A DNA stretch of 63,329 nucleotides, the filler included, from Octopus bimaculoides (lineage: Eukaryota): the NCBI RefSeq assembly GCF_001194135.2. It is 3 parts of 3 records of this genome, joined end to end, with 100 filler letters (N's around TTAATTAATTAA, not from the genome) between each part and the next. Parts side by side here need not be neighbours in the genome. Positions count along the whole stretch, not along the records: positions 22,717 to 48,643 come from NC_068985.1; 2 more parts are not named here. The stretch is one strand, 5' to 3'. Each line of letters opens with the position of its first letter. Positions within the stretch are counted from its first letter, which is position 1. Made by a program: the position numbers and the translations under genes. A model generated the notes under the pieces. It was not told the origin of the DNA and ran no database searches. It saw only the letters and a program-made list of their open reading frames with translations. Shown one piece after another: positions 26,763 through 39,231 of the stretch.

Positions 26763-27270
26763 GAGTAAATGAGTATTAAAGCTAATGAATTCAATGCATT
26801 TTTGTAGGAAGTGTGAATATTCTGTGATGTGAATTTGTATTTTATTCTAAGTATTTCAGAGAAATTATTTAATGGAAGCACTAAAAGCCTTTCTGAAGTC
26901 ATGTGGTAAAAGAGTTTCAGAGAATTGTAGTAATATATAGGATTAAGGTCTATAATGAAAAAAACAGAGAGGAAGTTCATTAGCTGGAAAGGAAAACTAC
27001 TGGCTAAGATTATGATAGATGACCAGATGAATGGAAAAGCTAGAAATCTGACTAAACGAAACATTTCTGGTGCAGATGTTGTTAAGCTAAATCCTTTGGA
27101 GTTCCCTTGACAAATCAATTTTGTATTTTTGTTTATATTTGCAAATGTGACTAATACCAGATGTTTAACATTCTAGAAAAAAGAAAAAAAAAAAAGAACC
27201 AAATTGAACCGAATATTCAAATACACTCACCAATAAATATTAAAGAATTTTTAAAACTTTGATATTTTAA

Positions 27271-27515
27271 CCCTTTTGTGACCATCCTTCTAATGAAATA
27301 CACTGCCTGTATGTTTCAATAGATTTTGAAAATAATTAAGATTTTGGAGGAATCTAGTAAAATAACCAACCAAGCTTAAAGTTGATGTTAATTGAAAGAA
27401 AGGCCATTACATAAAATCATTATGGAAGGTTTTAATTAATATATGAGCACTTCAAAACGGGCAGCTTTTTGCCATAGAACTAGAGGTGGTCTCATGTGGG
27501 TCACTATCAAATGGG
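27271..27515. mobile_element. piggyBac-like MITE with TTAA target-site duplication
   Basis: TTAA|CCCTTTTGTGACC ... GGTCACTATCAAATGGG|TTAA; TTAA at 27267-27270 and 27516-27519. Confidence 0.7.
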
Positions 27516-27643
27516 TTAATAACTAAATATGCTTGAAATAAATCAAAAGTGACTTTGTGGGAGAAACCTCAGAAGCTTAACAGCTGAGGATTATAAAGTT
27601 AGAAGTCATAAAAACTGCCAGTGTTAAAACTGAAACCTCCTCC

Positions 27644-27912
27644 TCATCATCATCGTTTAACATCCGTTTTCCATGCTGGCATGGGTTGGACGATTTGACT
27701 GGGGTCTGGTGAACCAGATAGCTACACCAGGCTCCAATCTGATCTGGCAGAGTTTCTACAGCTGGATGCCCTTCCTAATGCCAACCACTCTGAGAATGTA
27801 GTCGGTGCTTTTACGTGCCACCGGCACAAGGGCCAGTCACATGGTACTAGCAACGGCCATGCTCAAAATGGTGTTTTTACGTGCCACTTGCACGGGAGCC
27901 AGTCCATCGGCA
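27644..27912 (-). mobile_element. RTE LINE 3' end, 5'-truncated
   Basis: Matches the 3' UTR of the copy at 40650-41392, including the (GAT)n tail and CCATGC/GCATGG stem. Confidence 0.85.
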
Positions 27913-28002
27913 CAATAAGCTTTCAATTTATTTGCAAACTATAATTGGCTTATTGGTTAACAATAATAATAATAATAATAATAATAGTACTAATAATCTT
28001 TT

Positions 28003-28188
28003 CTATTATAGGCACAAGGCCTGAAATTTGGTGGAGGAGACGAATCAATATCATCGACCCCCAGTGTTTCACTGGTACTTAATTTATCGACCCTGAAAAG
28101 ATGAAAGGTAAAGTCGACCTCAGTGGAATTTGAACTCAGAATGGAGTGACGGGCGAAATACTGTTAAGCATTTTGTCCAGTGTGCCAC

Positions 28189-28231
<43 letters not shown>

Positions 28232-28440
28232 GTTTCAAATTTTGCCACAAAGGCAGCAATTTTGCGGGAGGAGATGTGTTGATTACATTGACCCCAGTGT
28301 TTCACTGGTACTTAATTTATCGACCCTGAAAGGATGAAAGGCAAGGTAGATCTCGGCGGAATTTGAACTCAGAACGTAGCAACGGGCAAAATACCACTAA
28401 GCATTTAGTCCGGCGTGCTAACAAGTCTGCCAGCTTGCCA
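28003..28440 (-). mobile_element. Tandem pair of SINE family B separated by (AAT)n
   Basis: Two reverse-complement copies at ~28003-28175 and ~28228-28440. Confidence 0.88.
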
Positions 28441-28441
28441 C

Positions 28442-28558
28442 ATCATCATCATCATCATCATCATCGTTTAACGTCCGCTTTCCATGCTAGCATGGGTTGG
28501 ACGATTTGACTGAGGACTGGTGAAACCGGATGGCAACACCAGGCTCCAGTCTGATTTG
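28442..28558 (-). mobile_element. Young ~115-bp RTE 3' tail inserted at the head of a SINE B copy
   Basis: GCCAC at 28437-28441 and 28559-28563 brackets the insert; nearly identical to the copy starting at 48402. Confidence 0.85.
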
Positions 28559-29524
28559 GCCACCTTAATAATAATAATAATGATAATAATAATATATTTA
28601 TCAATGCCAAGGGAAAATATTGGACTACTTAGCCAAAGTCATGAGCAATTAAGGAAAACCATGGTATTTTATTCTCGTTTTAGTTTACCTTAATATTTAG
28701 AACAAGGAAGCTCCAGCAAAACAAAACCCAATCACTGCAACAGATGTCTAAATTAGAAGAACCATGAACACCACATCAAAATGGTAAACATTGATGTAAC
28801 ATGTGACAAGGATTTATTGCAAAACAGAGGAAATATTAAACATTTCAAAACATCCCCCCTCAATAAAGTCATCAGGAGCACTTAAGCTTAACTTTAAGCT
28901 ATTTTTACACAGATGACGAGAAGCCTTCATTTAATTTAATATTAATGAATAATTACTGCTACAAACAAACTCCATTTCCTAAAGCATCAAGTTTTCAGCG
29001 CTAGGATTTCTTTAAATCCAAACCATTCTCCTTTTGATTGCTGACCTGTTTTTATTATTTCTTTATTTTTAATCAGGAGCCAAACCCTAGAATACTATTT
29101 TACCATAAACTCTACCCAACACTACTCTCTTTTCCATGTTATCACAAAGCTAGCTTAGATTATTTCATTCCTTCAGTATGTCGCCTTTCTTACTAGTATT
29201 TCAAATAAGAGGTTTAGATTTCTGTTTTATTAGCAGTCTTTCACTCCTCCTCCTCCTCCTCCTCTGCTTTTTTTTAATGTATATTTTTAACATTCAAAGT
29301 ATATATACTGTGAATGACAATTATTAGATGTAAGTTCCTTCAGCCACCAGCTTGTTATCACGTCAAAACCACTGCAGATCCGATTAACTTTGGAAATATG
29401 AGAAATTGAGTAGAGAAAAGTATAGACACTTTACAATGTAGACATAGTGATACATGTTGCATTTGAGAGATGATGGAAAACTGCATCTAAAATGATTAAA
29501 CACAAGATATATGGCTTATTTATT

Positions 29525-29563
<39 letters not shown>

Positions 29564-30404
29564 AGAATAGAATCTAAGACGGAAAATGAGAGCAATGACA
29601 TTGGACCAGTTGAAAGATGGATTAACAACTTAATAAATGTTAGCAGAGTAAAATGTCAGCCTGTAATGTTTTATGTTGTAATTGAGAAACAGGTGGTGAT
29701 AGATGTACCCCCAGTTTAAGTCTGAGAAAGACTTCATTTATTAATGACTCCATAAATTCTGACAGAGGAACTGAATAAAGTATCAAAAATATATCGGGAT
29801 ATGAAACTATAGTAGAGGGATATATTTTTTAAAAATACTGTCATAAATTGTATTCATATAATACAATAAAAAAACAACATGAGGGGAAAATAAAAGATTT
29901 AAGAATAATTATAGAATGGAAACTAGGTGAACTGGGAGAGTGAAGTAAATATAAATGGATTAGTGAATAGGTAAGACTTTATTCAGATGAGAATTCAGTG
30001 ATGGATTAAGTAAGCAAAAAATAACCTTGGTGATATTTTGGAAATAGAAAAAGCAAGTGTAAAAGGAATTAAGGAAATAACGAAGAAAGATACCTGGAGG
30101 CAAAACAAATATATTACAATACAGCATATAATAGAAGTGGCAAGTGATTGAAAAAGCATATAGTTGTTGAATTTGAGACAGTGTTAAAGAATCATGGAAT
30201 AGGCAATAGTAACTTGAAGAGTAATTTAAGAGAAACAACAAGAATGTATGGTTAATAGATTCAGCAGAAAAACCAGTGTACAATGAAAGCTATTTAAGTG
30301 GGGAAATGAAATACAGACAAATATTTTAGGAGTCTAATAAAACAAAAGGAGTATCAAACAGCAAGAGAAACAAATTAAAAATTAATATTAGATATTTGAG
30401 AATA

Positions 30405-30735
30405 AGTAAAGGAGCACTCCGTCGGTTATGATAATGAGGGTCTCAGCTGATGAGATCAACGGAACAGCCTGCTCATGAAATTAACGTGCAAGTGGCTGAG
30501 CACTCCACAGACACGTGTACCCTTCTTGTAGCTCTCAAGGAGATTCAGCGTGACACAGAGTGTGACAAGGCTGGCCCTTTGAAATACAGGTACAACTCAT
30601 CTTTGCCAGCTGAGTGGACTGGAGCAATGCGAAATAAAGTGTCTTGCTCAAGGACACAATGCATCGCTGGGAATTGAACTCACGACTTTACGATCGTGAG
30701 CCAAATGCCCTAACCACTAAGCCATGCACCTTCAC
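30405..30735 (-). mobile_element. tRNA-derived SINE family D, near full length
   Basis: Minus head GTGAAGGTGCATGGCTTAGTGGTTAGGGCATTTGGCTCACGATCGTAAAGTCGTGAGTTCAATTCCC followed by TTGTGTCCTTGAGCAAGACACTTTATTTC. Confidence 0.85.
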
Positions 30736-30937
30736 TTTGAGAATAAGTATAGGAATACAGACCACATAGTCTAAACAGTGACAATCTTGGATTTGTATTT
30801 TCTTGGTCATGTGTTAAGATTAGCAGGATATGATTAACTTTTTAATATTCTACTTCTCCATGTTTGCATGGGCCAGGTGGAATTTGCCAAGGCAGATTTT
30901 CTACAGCTGGATGCCCTTCCTGTCACCAAAGCCTTGG

Positions 30938-31220
30938 GGGGCGGATTTGGTAGACGGAAACTGAAAGAAGCCCGTCGTATATATGTATATGTATGTGCTT
31001 GTGTATGTTTGTGTGTCTGTGTTTGTCCCCCCAACATCGCTTGACAACTGATGGTGGTGTGTTTACATCCCCGTAACTTAGTGGTTCAGCAAAAGAGACC
31101 GATAGAATAAGTACTAGGCTTACAAAGAATAAGTCCTGGGGTCAATTTGCTCAACTAAAGGCGGTGCTCCAGCATGGCCACAGTCAAATGACTGAAACAA
31201 GTAAAAGAGTAAAAAGAGAG
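30938..31220 (+). mobile_element. SINE family A, 3' two-thirds
   Basis: GGATTTGGTAGACGGAAACTGAAAGAAGCCCGTCG through GACTGAAACAAGTAAAAGAGTAAAA. Confidence 0.88.
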
Positions 31221-32139
31221 TATAGTAACTCCACTTTAGGAGCCCAGTAAATGCTGGAAACTTGTTAATGAAGGTAGAGACTATAAAAGAGACAACATCA
31301 ACTTGTACGTAATGAACTGTAAAAATGGGTTCAACACAGGGTCTAATTAAAGACAGGATAAAATAGAAGATGACTATTAGGTAGGCCTATCTAAACACAC
31401 CAGTATAGAAAAACAGATGTTGAAATGGTGATGATTGTCCCTCATTCATTTTGGTTTTTTAATATTTTCATGACTGAATACCATATTATTCTATGCATAT
31501 TCCAGTATTTTTTAAAGAAATTATACATGCAGCTAATATATAAATTAATGGAAATAAACAATTATGTTATTCCCAAAGGAAATATTAATTTCCATTGCAA
31601 GTAAGTAAATCTGTTTAATTTGATACTTAAAAATAACATTAAATCTAAACTAATTTTATATAGAAAGTAAAATAATGAGATAGAATAAACAGTGGAAGTA
31701 TGTGTGATGTTACATGAACTAATCTAAAATTACATTAAAAACATGTCCAAATTAGTGGTGCCACCGTTGATAGAGGCAGATTGTGGAAATCAGATAGCTG
31801 GTTCTGATCATAGTTGAAGAGATTCTACAAATAATTTCAGAATCAACGTTTAATCTTATCAAAGCTGCTAATAAGGAATCAAGTTGTTCACCTTGTGAAT
31901 CCAAAACAATTTCTTTTTCATGGAACCATTGAGTAAAGTAAATATAGTTATTTCTATGCAACATTTATGGTTTCCTAATTTATAATAAATTAGAACAAAC
32001 ATAGATTTAATCCAAAATGTCAGACTTGTTGGCTCAAAGCTTTAACAAGGTCTACTGAAGAAGGGAAAATAGGAAAAGAAGGCATTCACTTCGGAAGTTA
32101 TTAAGTGCTATGAAATGACTTTAAATTAATTAAATATGT

Positions 32140-32672
32140 TATCTACCCTGTGCTGGTGGCACGTAAAAAGTACTGTTTGAGCATGGTCGATGACAGTGCC
32201 GCCTGACTGGCTCCTGTACCAGTGGAACGCAAAAAGCACCATTCGAGCATGATTGATGCCAGTGCTGGCTGACTGGTCCTGTGCTGGTGGCACATAAAAA
32301 ATACCATTTGAGCATGGTCGATGCCAATGCCACCTGACTGGCACCTGTGCTGGTGGCACCTAAAAAGCACCATTTGAGTGTGATTGATGCCAGTGCTGTC
32401 TGACTGGCTCCCATGCTGGTGACACATAAAAAAGCACCATTCAAGTGTGACCAATGACAGTATTGCCTGACTGGCCCTCGTGCCGGTCGCACATAAAAAG
32501 CACCCACTACACTCTCAGAGTGGTTGGTGTTAGGAAGAACATCCAGCTGTAGAAACATTGCCAGATCAGATTGGAGCCTAGTGCAGCCTCCTGGCTCACC
32601 AGCCCTAAGTCAAACCATCCAACCCATGCCAGCATGGAAAGTAGACATTAAACAATGACGATGATGATGATG
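32140..32672 (+). mobile_element. RTE LINE 3' UTR with six ~65-bp tandem units and (GAT)n tail
   Basis: Unit GTGC(C/T)GGTGGCAC.TAAAAAGCACCATT.GAGC.TGGTCGATGCCAGTGCCGCCTGACTGGCTCC; A-tracts near 32165, 32231, 32297, 32362, 32428 and 32495; ends CCCATGCCAGCATGGAAAGTAGACATTAAACAATGACGATGATG. Confidence 0.85.
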
Positions 32673-33039
32673 TTATCTGTATTGGAGATAGTTACAAACA
32701 CTATGTAAATTCTATGGAAAATTCATTAACTAATTTTGAGTGACAGTTTAAAAATTGTACTTAACAAAACAGTTTCTGTTAATATTGTCCTTGTAAAGAA
32801 GTGATTCAATACCATCAACAGGTCTTTAAAAAATTCTAAATGATATGAAAACTATATTGTTATTTGCTAGACTAATTAATTGACAACATATATTTAATGG
32901 TATAGTCTACAGTTAGATAATAATTTACAAGCACATATTACTGGCACTTGTGCCGGTGGCATGTGAACAAAACATTGGACTGAGTCCATCGCAGCATTAC
33001 TCAAGAAAGAAGAAGAAAGAGTGAGAGAAAGTTGGGGGC

Positions 33040-33195
33040 AAACGAGTACAATAGGGGTCGCCACCACCCCCTGCCGGAGCCTTGTGGGGCTTTAGGTGTT
33101 TTCACTCAATAAACACAAAACAGCCGGTCTGGGAATCGAAACCGTGATCCTCTGACCGCGAATCCACTGCTCTAACCATTGGGCCATTGCGCCTC

Positions 33196-33198
<3 letters not shown>
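33040..33198 (-). mobile_element. tRNA-derived SINE (family E), 5' part
   Basis: GGAGGCGCAATGGCCCAATGGTTAGAGCAGTGGATTCGCGGTCAGAGGATCACGGTTTCGATTCCC has clear A and B boxes but no acceptor-stem pairing and continues into non-tRNA sequence. Confidence 0.7.
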
Positions 33199-33286
<88 letters not shown>

Positions 33287-33753
33287 CATACTTCTTACAA
33301 CATTAACAATTTTTAACTCTTATTTCTTGCAATAGAGGTGCTTCAACACCTTCACTCACAATAAGTGACGATAAAATACTTTTCCTTTGTGGTATAATAT
33401 TGTGCCTAGCTGTTTTATATAAATTTTTATATATGCATGATTTTACATTTGTGTATGTCCCCCACTAACACCTGACAACTAGTCTTGGTCTGTTCATGTC
33501 CTCGTAATTTAGCAATTTTGGCTAAAGGGACCAATGGAATAAATACTAGACTAAAAAACATAAGAGGTGAGATCGATTTGTTTGACTAAACCCTTCAAGG
33601 CAGTGCCCCAGCATGGCCACAGACCAAAGGCTGAAATAAGTAAAAGTTAAAGAAAAAAAAAGAAATACCTGAAATATCTATGTAAAATATATCACATTTA
33701 TGCTAGCAGGGAGAACAAGAATAATTGTAAAACATTGCTTGGTGAGCACTTAC

Positions 33754-33877
33754 TTCTTTAGTTTTGTACTTTTCTTGTTGGGTGCTTCAGCCAATACTGT
33801 GATGAAAATATCAATAATTTGACATCCATAAGTGTTGTTCACAAGAAAGTCTCGACCATAAGCAGATGCTGCAATAT
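33754..33877 (-). CDS. HSF2BP: HSF2BP/MEILB2 orthologue, internal coding exon (armadillo domain), 124 nt
   Basis: Acceptor tttttttcttttttgtctttccttgatAG, donor AA|GTAAGT. Encodes (N)IAASAYGRDFLVNNTYGCQIIDIFITVLAEAPNKKSTKLK(N) versus recalled human NVAAIACGREFLVNSSRVLLDTILQLLGDLKPGQCTKLKV. Too short to appear in the ORF track. Confidence 0.92.
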
Positions 33878-33978
33878 CTATCAAGGAAAGACAAAAAAGA
33901 AAAAAATATTAAATCATTATTCATTCATCAACAATCTAAACGATACAACTTATTTAGATGAGTTAATGAAGATGAGCT

Positions 33979-34363
33979 TTACTCTTTTACTTGTTTCAGT
34001 CTTTTGACTGCGGCTATGCTGGAGCACCACCTTTAGTCAAGCAAATCAACCCCAGGACTTATTCTTTGTAAGCCTAGTACTTATTCTATCGGGCCCTTTT
34101 GCCGAACTGCTAAGTTATGGGGACATAAACACACCAGCATCAGTTGTCAAGCGATGGTGGAGGAGCAAACACAGACAAATAAATATATATACATATATAC
34201 GACGGGTTTCTTTCAGTTTCTGTCTACCAAATCCACTCACAAGGCTTTGGTCGGCCCGAGGCTATAGTAGAAGACACTTGCCCAAGGTGCCATGCAGTGG
34301 GACTGAACCCAGAACCATGTGGTTGGTAAGCAAGCTACTTACCACATAGCCACTCCTGCACCT
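33979..34363 (-). mobile_element. SINE family A, full length
   Basis: Complete reverse complement of the family A sequence, about 100 bp upstream of the HSF2BP acceptor. Confidence 0.9.
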
Positions 34364-35205
34364 TTGTTACAGTATTGGTAAAAATTTGCTTCCAGCTCCT
34401 TATGTTTATAGTTTGAATCCTGCCAAGGTTTATTTCACCTTTCATTATTTCAGGGTTGATAAAATTAAGTAACAGCCTAGCACTAGGGTTGATGGTGTCG
34501 ACTAACAATCTCTCCTCGAAATTGCTAGCTTTGTGTCTAAACTGGAAACATTATTATTATGTTTAACAATAACTTCATTGGAAAATATCACAAAGTGTCA
34601 TATAGCACATGTAGGATGGTATGAACCAATGAAGCTCTACTTTCTCAAGATTTGAGGAAGATTTGGCAACTATTTTCTAGCAGGTTGAGCAACTTGCATA
34701 CAGACTGCCTTATTGGTTTGTTAGGAGTGAGCTGGTGAGTCATAAATTAATATACAACGTCCAATATACCTACCCTAACTACCTGTCTGTTAAGGGTACA
34801 CCAGGCACATGCATCACAACCATATGTGTATGACACAGTGACCTCATATCAAGATAAACAGCACAGGTCAAATAGCCCATTCCACTCAAAAGGTCCTTGA
34901 ATAAGGGTTGTTTAAGAATGAACAATGAAACACCCATGTTTCCAGGGATGAATTATTCAAACCCCAAAGAATTCCCCTCAACACATGGCTACAATGCTCT
35001 CCCACGTAAATTAATATAAAGACATAAAATATAACTTCAAATCTATAATTGAGATTAAACTTCCTTTATATGTTGTTAACTATAATACTTTTGATAAAAC
35101 ATACTCATGCTAAATATTCGGTCGGTAAAAACTTACACAAAAACTAAATTCCAACTAAATAGTCATTACTATAAAAGTCTTCAATTTTAGTATTTTGTCA
35201 TCATC

Positions 35206-35238
<33 letters not shown>

Positions 35239-36056
35239 TAAGAAGTGGTGGTATTTTGAATTACATCTTATTTTTAAATCTCAGCACATTTTTTAAATAT
35301 TAAGAGCACAGTTGCTCTTGAGAAAAAGAAAAAATTAAAAATAAAAATTGTTTGAAATAAAATGTTCTTGTATATGCTTTTAGTTTTATAACAGGTTTAT
35401 GCCATGCATATATGCATATTTTCATTCATGTATACCATTATTTTTCATTATAATCCGTTCTTTGTTTAACAGAATCTAAGAAAGATTGAAAGGTCAACTT
35501 TTAAACTCTGATGGAAGTCTGATAAAACTACAAAATATTGGAAACCTAACATAGTGGTATGGCAGTGAAAGTAAACTTGTTCCCTGCTGTGAAAATTCCC
35601 ACAGGAGAAAAAGTATTGCAGATTGTTTTGTCAACTGCTAAATACTTTTGGAAATTCAATGATTCAAAGGATTTTGAAAAGAGCATCTGGATTTGAAAGC
35701 TGATATGGAGCTCATGACTCAGCAATAATGTGTTACTTGATCAGTAAATATTGGAAAATAGAACTTAAGGGAATAACACTGATAACATTCATGTAATCAA
35801 GCAGAACTTCTAGATTTTTGTCATTTAGATCAACAATTTCCAAATCCAGGAGGTGAAGGATTCTTGCCAGATGCTAGAAAAAAGTCCAGTATGGCTGAGG
35901 TACAGCCATGTGGTTAAGAATCTCATTTTTCAACCATGTGGCTTTGAGTTCAGTTCCACTGTGCACCACCTTAGGTAAGTGTCTTCTCTACAACCCCAGA
36001 CTGACCAATGTTTAGTGAGTGAATATGGTAGACAGAAACTGTGTGGAAGCCCATTG

Positions 36057-36088
<32 letters not shown>

Positions 36089-36132
36089 CACACACATATT
36101 AGCGTGTGTATATATACACACATATATACATT

Positions 36133-36490
36133 GTGCGTGAGAAGACCTGGCAAGCCAAGTGAGACCATAACCCATGGCCTTTGCCAGTGGTGTAGCCAGC
36201 CCAATTATGCATACCTTTCCTTCATTGGACACTAAACTCTGCTTGTGAAGACCTGTTGAGGCAAGAGAAATCGAAATTGAACCAAATTCGACTGGCACCC
36301 ATGCCAACCTTTCCTTCATTGGACACTAAACTCTGCTTGCGAAGACCTGTTGGGGCAAGTGAAATTGAAATTGAATCAAATTTGATGACTGGCATCCATT
36401 CCAGTGGGGCGCTAACAGCACCGTCCGAGTGTGATCATTGTCAGAGCAGCTGCCTGGCTTCTGTGCCGGTGGCACGTAAATAAACCATTT
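36133..36490 (+). mobile_element. RTE LINE ORF end plus 3' UTR, second subfamily with a ~90-bp internal duplication
   Basis: VREKTWQAK* (stop 36160-36162), then two copies of ACCTTTCCTTCATTGGACACTAAACTCTGCTTG.GAAGACCTGTTG.GGCAAG.GAAAT.GAAATTGAA, then GTGCCGGTGGCACGTAAA. Confidence 0.75.
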
Positions 36491-37644
36491 GTTTATTCTT
36501 ATTGGTTGCAAATTTATTCCAGTAAAGAATTTTCCTCCTCTTATAAAAAGACACTGACAAATAAAAAAAAAAGTCTGTTGCCAAAGAAAATGAAATGATT
36601 AAAATCCAACCAGGACTAAGTATTAATGAACATAGCTTGGTGAATTTAGATGGCTCTTACAACAGCAAATGTTTCAAAATATCAGTGAAAAGTTTTTTGC
36701 TGATTTGTTGTATGAAATACAACACAAGTGATAACAGCAACAAATTGGTAATTTTTGAATTATGTTCTGATAAAAGTCCTTTCATGTGTTATCAAACAGG
36801 AAAATGGGTGTTTGATTTACATTGAAGTATACTGACAATTTGATATATCAAATAAGTATTGTGTATCTAATAAGTTTCAGGATTTAGTAGCAAACTTCTG
36901 CAGAATATGCACAAATTTTGCAAAGTGTTGCAACATTTTTTCAAAACTCACTGTAAAGAGAGAAAAATCTTTTGTTCCCATCAAAAGTAGTGGTTCTTGA
37001 AATTTATCTCATCCCAATTAACTGCAATACTAATTGTGTTACAAAGATAGAGTAACTATCCGTGCCAGCAAGCCATCTGACAGTCTATTATCATCAGGGC
37101 AAAGGCAATATATGATGTCACTTACTTCAAACTATTGGTAAACAGGAACCTGATTGTCAATGTAGTATTTATCGGATCTTTGGGCCATTTCCTGTTCTCA
37201 TCTGCTAACTCTTGTATAGTAAATACATATTTATCTGTAAAGTGGTTGTTGATAGAAAGGGCCAAAACTGAAATGCACAGGACATGTGGTCCTTCAATCC
37301 ATTTAGGAGGACAATAACTCCAAATGTGAATTGAGTCAGACTATGACAATCCATTCAACTCATGCCAACATGGAAAATAGACTAAAAATTTATAAACACA
37401 CAAACTTTTACAAAGGAATGGTTGATTGTAACTTCAAAGTTTTGGCTTGTTCACCTTCATCATACTCTGCTTTACATGAGCTCTTTTTGGTTTTATGTGG
37501 TCTGTGGCAAGATTCTTTTTTTTTTTTTGTGTGGGTAGGTGGAGTTATGTTAGTGATAACCAAGTGTGGCATCAGCAAACTGGGNNNNNNNNNNACTGGG
37601 GAAGCAGTTGTATAAAAAAAGGGGAGACAGAGGAGGCAGGAGAA

Positions 37645-37693
<49 letters not shown>

Positions 37694-37697
37694 TTAC

Positions 37698-38180
37698 TTC
37701 TACAATAGGCACAAGGCCTGAAATTTTGGGGGAGGGAGATAGTCAGTTATATCGATCCCAGTGTTCCACTGGTACTTATTTCATTGACCCCAAAAGGATG
37801 AAAGGCAAAGTCGACCCCAGTGGAATCTGAACTCAGAATGTAAGGATGGGCGAAATATGGCTAAGCATTTTGTCCAGCGTGCTAATGATTCTGCCAAATG
37901 CCACCTCAATAATAATAATAATAATAATAACAACAATAATAACAATAACAACAATAATAAATATAATAATAATCCTTTCTGCTATAGGCACAAGACCTGA
38001 AATTTGGGGGTGGGGGCTGGTCAATTACATTAATCCCAGCGCATAACTGGTACTTATTTTATCAAACCTGAAAGAATGAAAGGCAAAGCTGACCTTAGAA
38101 TTTGAACTTAGAATGTACTGACAGACAGTTTGCTGCTAAGCTTTTTGTTTGGCATTCTAGTGATCATGTCAGCTTGCCAC
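37698..38180 (-). mobile_element. Tandem pair of SINE family B with an (AAT)n spacer
   Basis: Copies at ~37698-37905 and ~37972-38180. Confidence 0.88.
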
Positions 38181-38954
38181 TTTCACCATGATAATGATAA
38201 TGGTAAAGAAAGTGCCGGAGGGTTGGGGGGAATTGAAGGACTATAAGTTCAAAATGTGTGCATTTGAGTAAACAAATGTAAGTAAAAATTACACAATACA
38301 TTAAGCAGAGTTTATATATTTATTAAAATCAGATTTTCACACTATGTCAGTCTTTAAATGTATCTGTAAAAGCATTTACCTGCATTTACAGACACATACA
38401 TTTACATATACATGTGTGTTTGTATACACATACACACACACACTATATTGATTCTATTTGATCTTCATGACTTCTGCTTCAAACCAGTATAAATATTATG
38501 TTGTGTTTACATAAATTTTGATCCAGTAAAGTAAATTCTATTACTGTAGTAAACACATTTTCTCATATGCAGAGATATAAAACTTGGACTCTTCAGTTTT
38601 CTATCATTTTTCAAAAACTAACCTGTTCTGTATACAATGACAATAAAATAATTATTTATGCTAAAGAAAGAAATATTTATCCGATCTAATGAAAAACTCT
38701 TACAAGCCTTTGTCATAAAAAAGAAGATTCTTTTATTAGAAAGTGATGTGTGATATTCTCTAGAGAAAAATCCAAGATGAACAAATGCTGAGGTTGTTGG
38801 GGATTAATGCAGCAGATAGTAAAAGAATAGGATTCAGTGTGAAGTGCTATTCATATAGGAAATGAAGTCACTGTTGCTCCAGGAAAGACCATTCTGATAT
38901 TGTTCTTGTTAATACAGTTCTACATTTAAGAGATGAGGAATTATGTACCTTATT

Positions 38955-39040
38955 TATATTATTTACATTTGACGGATATTTGTCCTCATCTTGTTTGTCG
39001 CTAACACGTTTCGGCTGGTATACCCTCCAGCCTTCATCAG
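38955..39040 (-). ncRNA. Truncated hammerhead-ribozyme core in a Penelope-type terminal-repeat fragment
   Basis: Minus strand from 39040: CTGATGA-A-GGCTGG-AGGGTATA-CCAGCC-GAAAC-GTGTTAG. It has the CUGAUGA and GAAA core motifs around a perfect 6-bp stem II. The 5' strand of stem I is missing, so this copy is probably inactive. Confidence 0.6.
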
Positions 39041-39231
39041 TAGAGTGAATTTTAGGGCTCTTAAAATTTAATATTTTCCTATCCTTCCTTAATACTGGTT
39101 CTCATATGCTACTCATATCTGCACTCGGTCTGCTTAGGAGGTTGCCTTCTGGGGTTGATCTAATCAACTCCCACTGCTCCACCAAATTTCGGGCCTTGTG
39201 CTCAGAATAGAAAAGAATATTTCAAAGTATC

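Noticed and set aside
32140-32500. CRISPR-like appearance of regular ~65-bp units
   Set aside because: Whole units are homologous with no unique spacers, they sit in an RTE 3' UTR, and there are no cas genes.
33121-33198. Possible tRNA gene (also the heads at 30670-30735 and 15431)
   Set aside because: A and B boxes are present but the cloverleaf and acceptor stem are not, and each continues into a repeat body; these are SINE heads.
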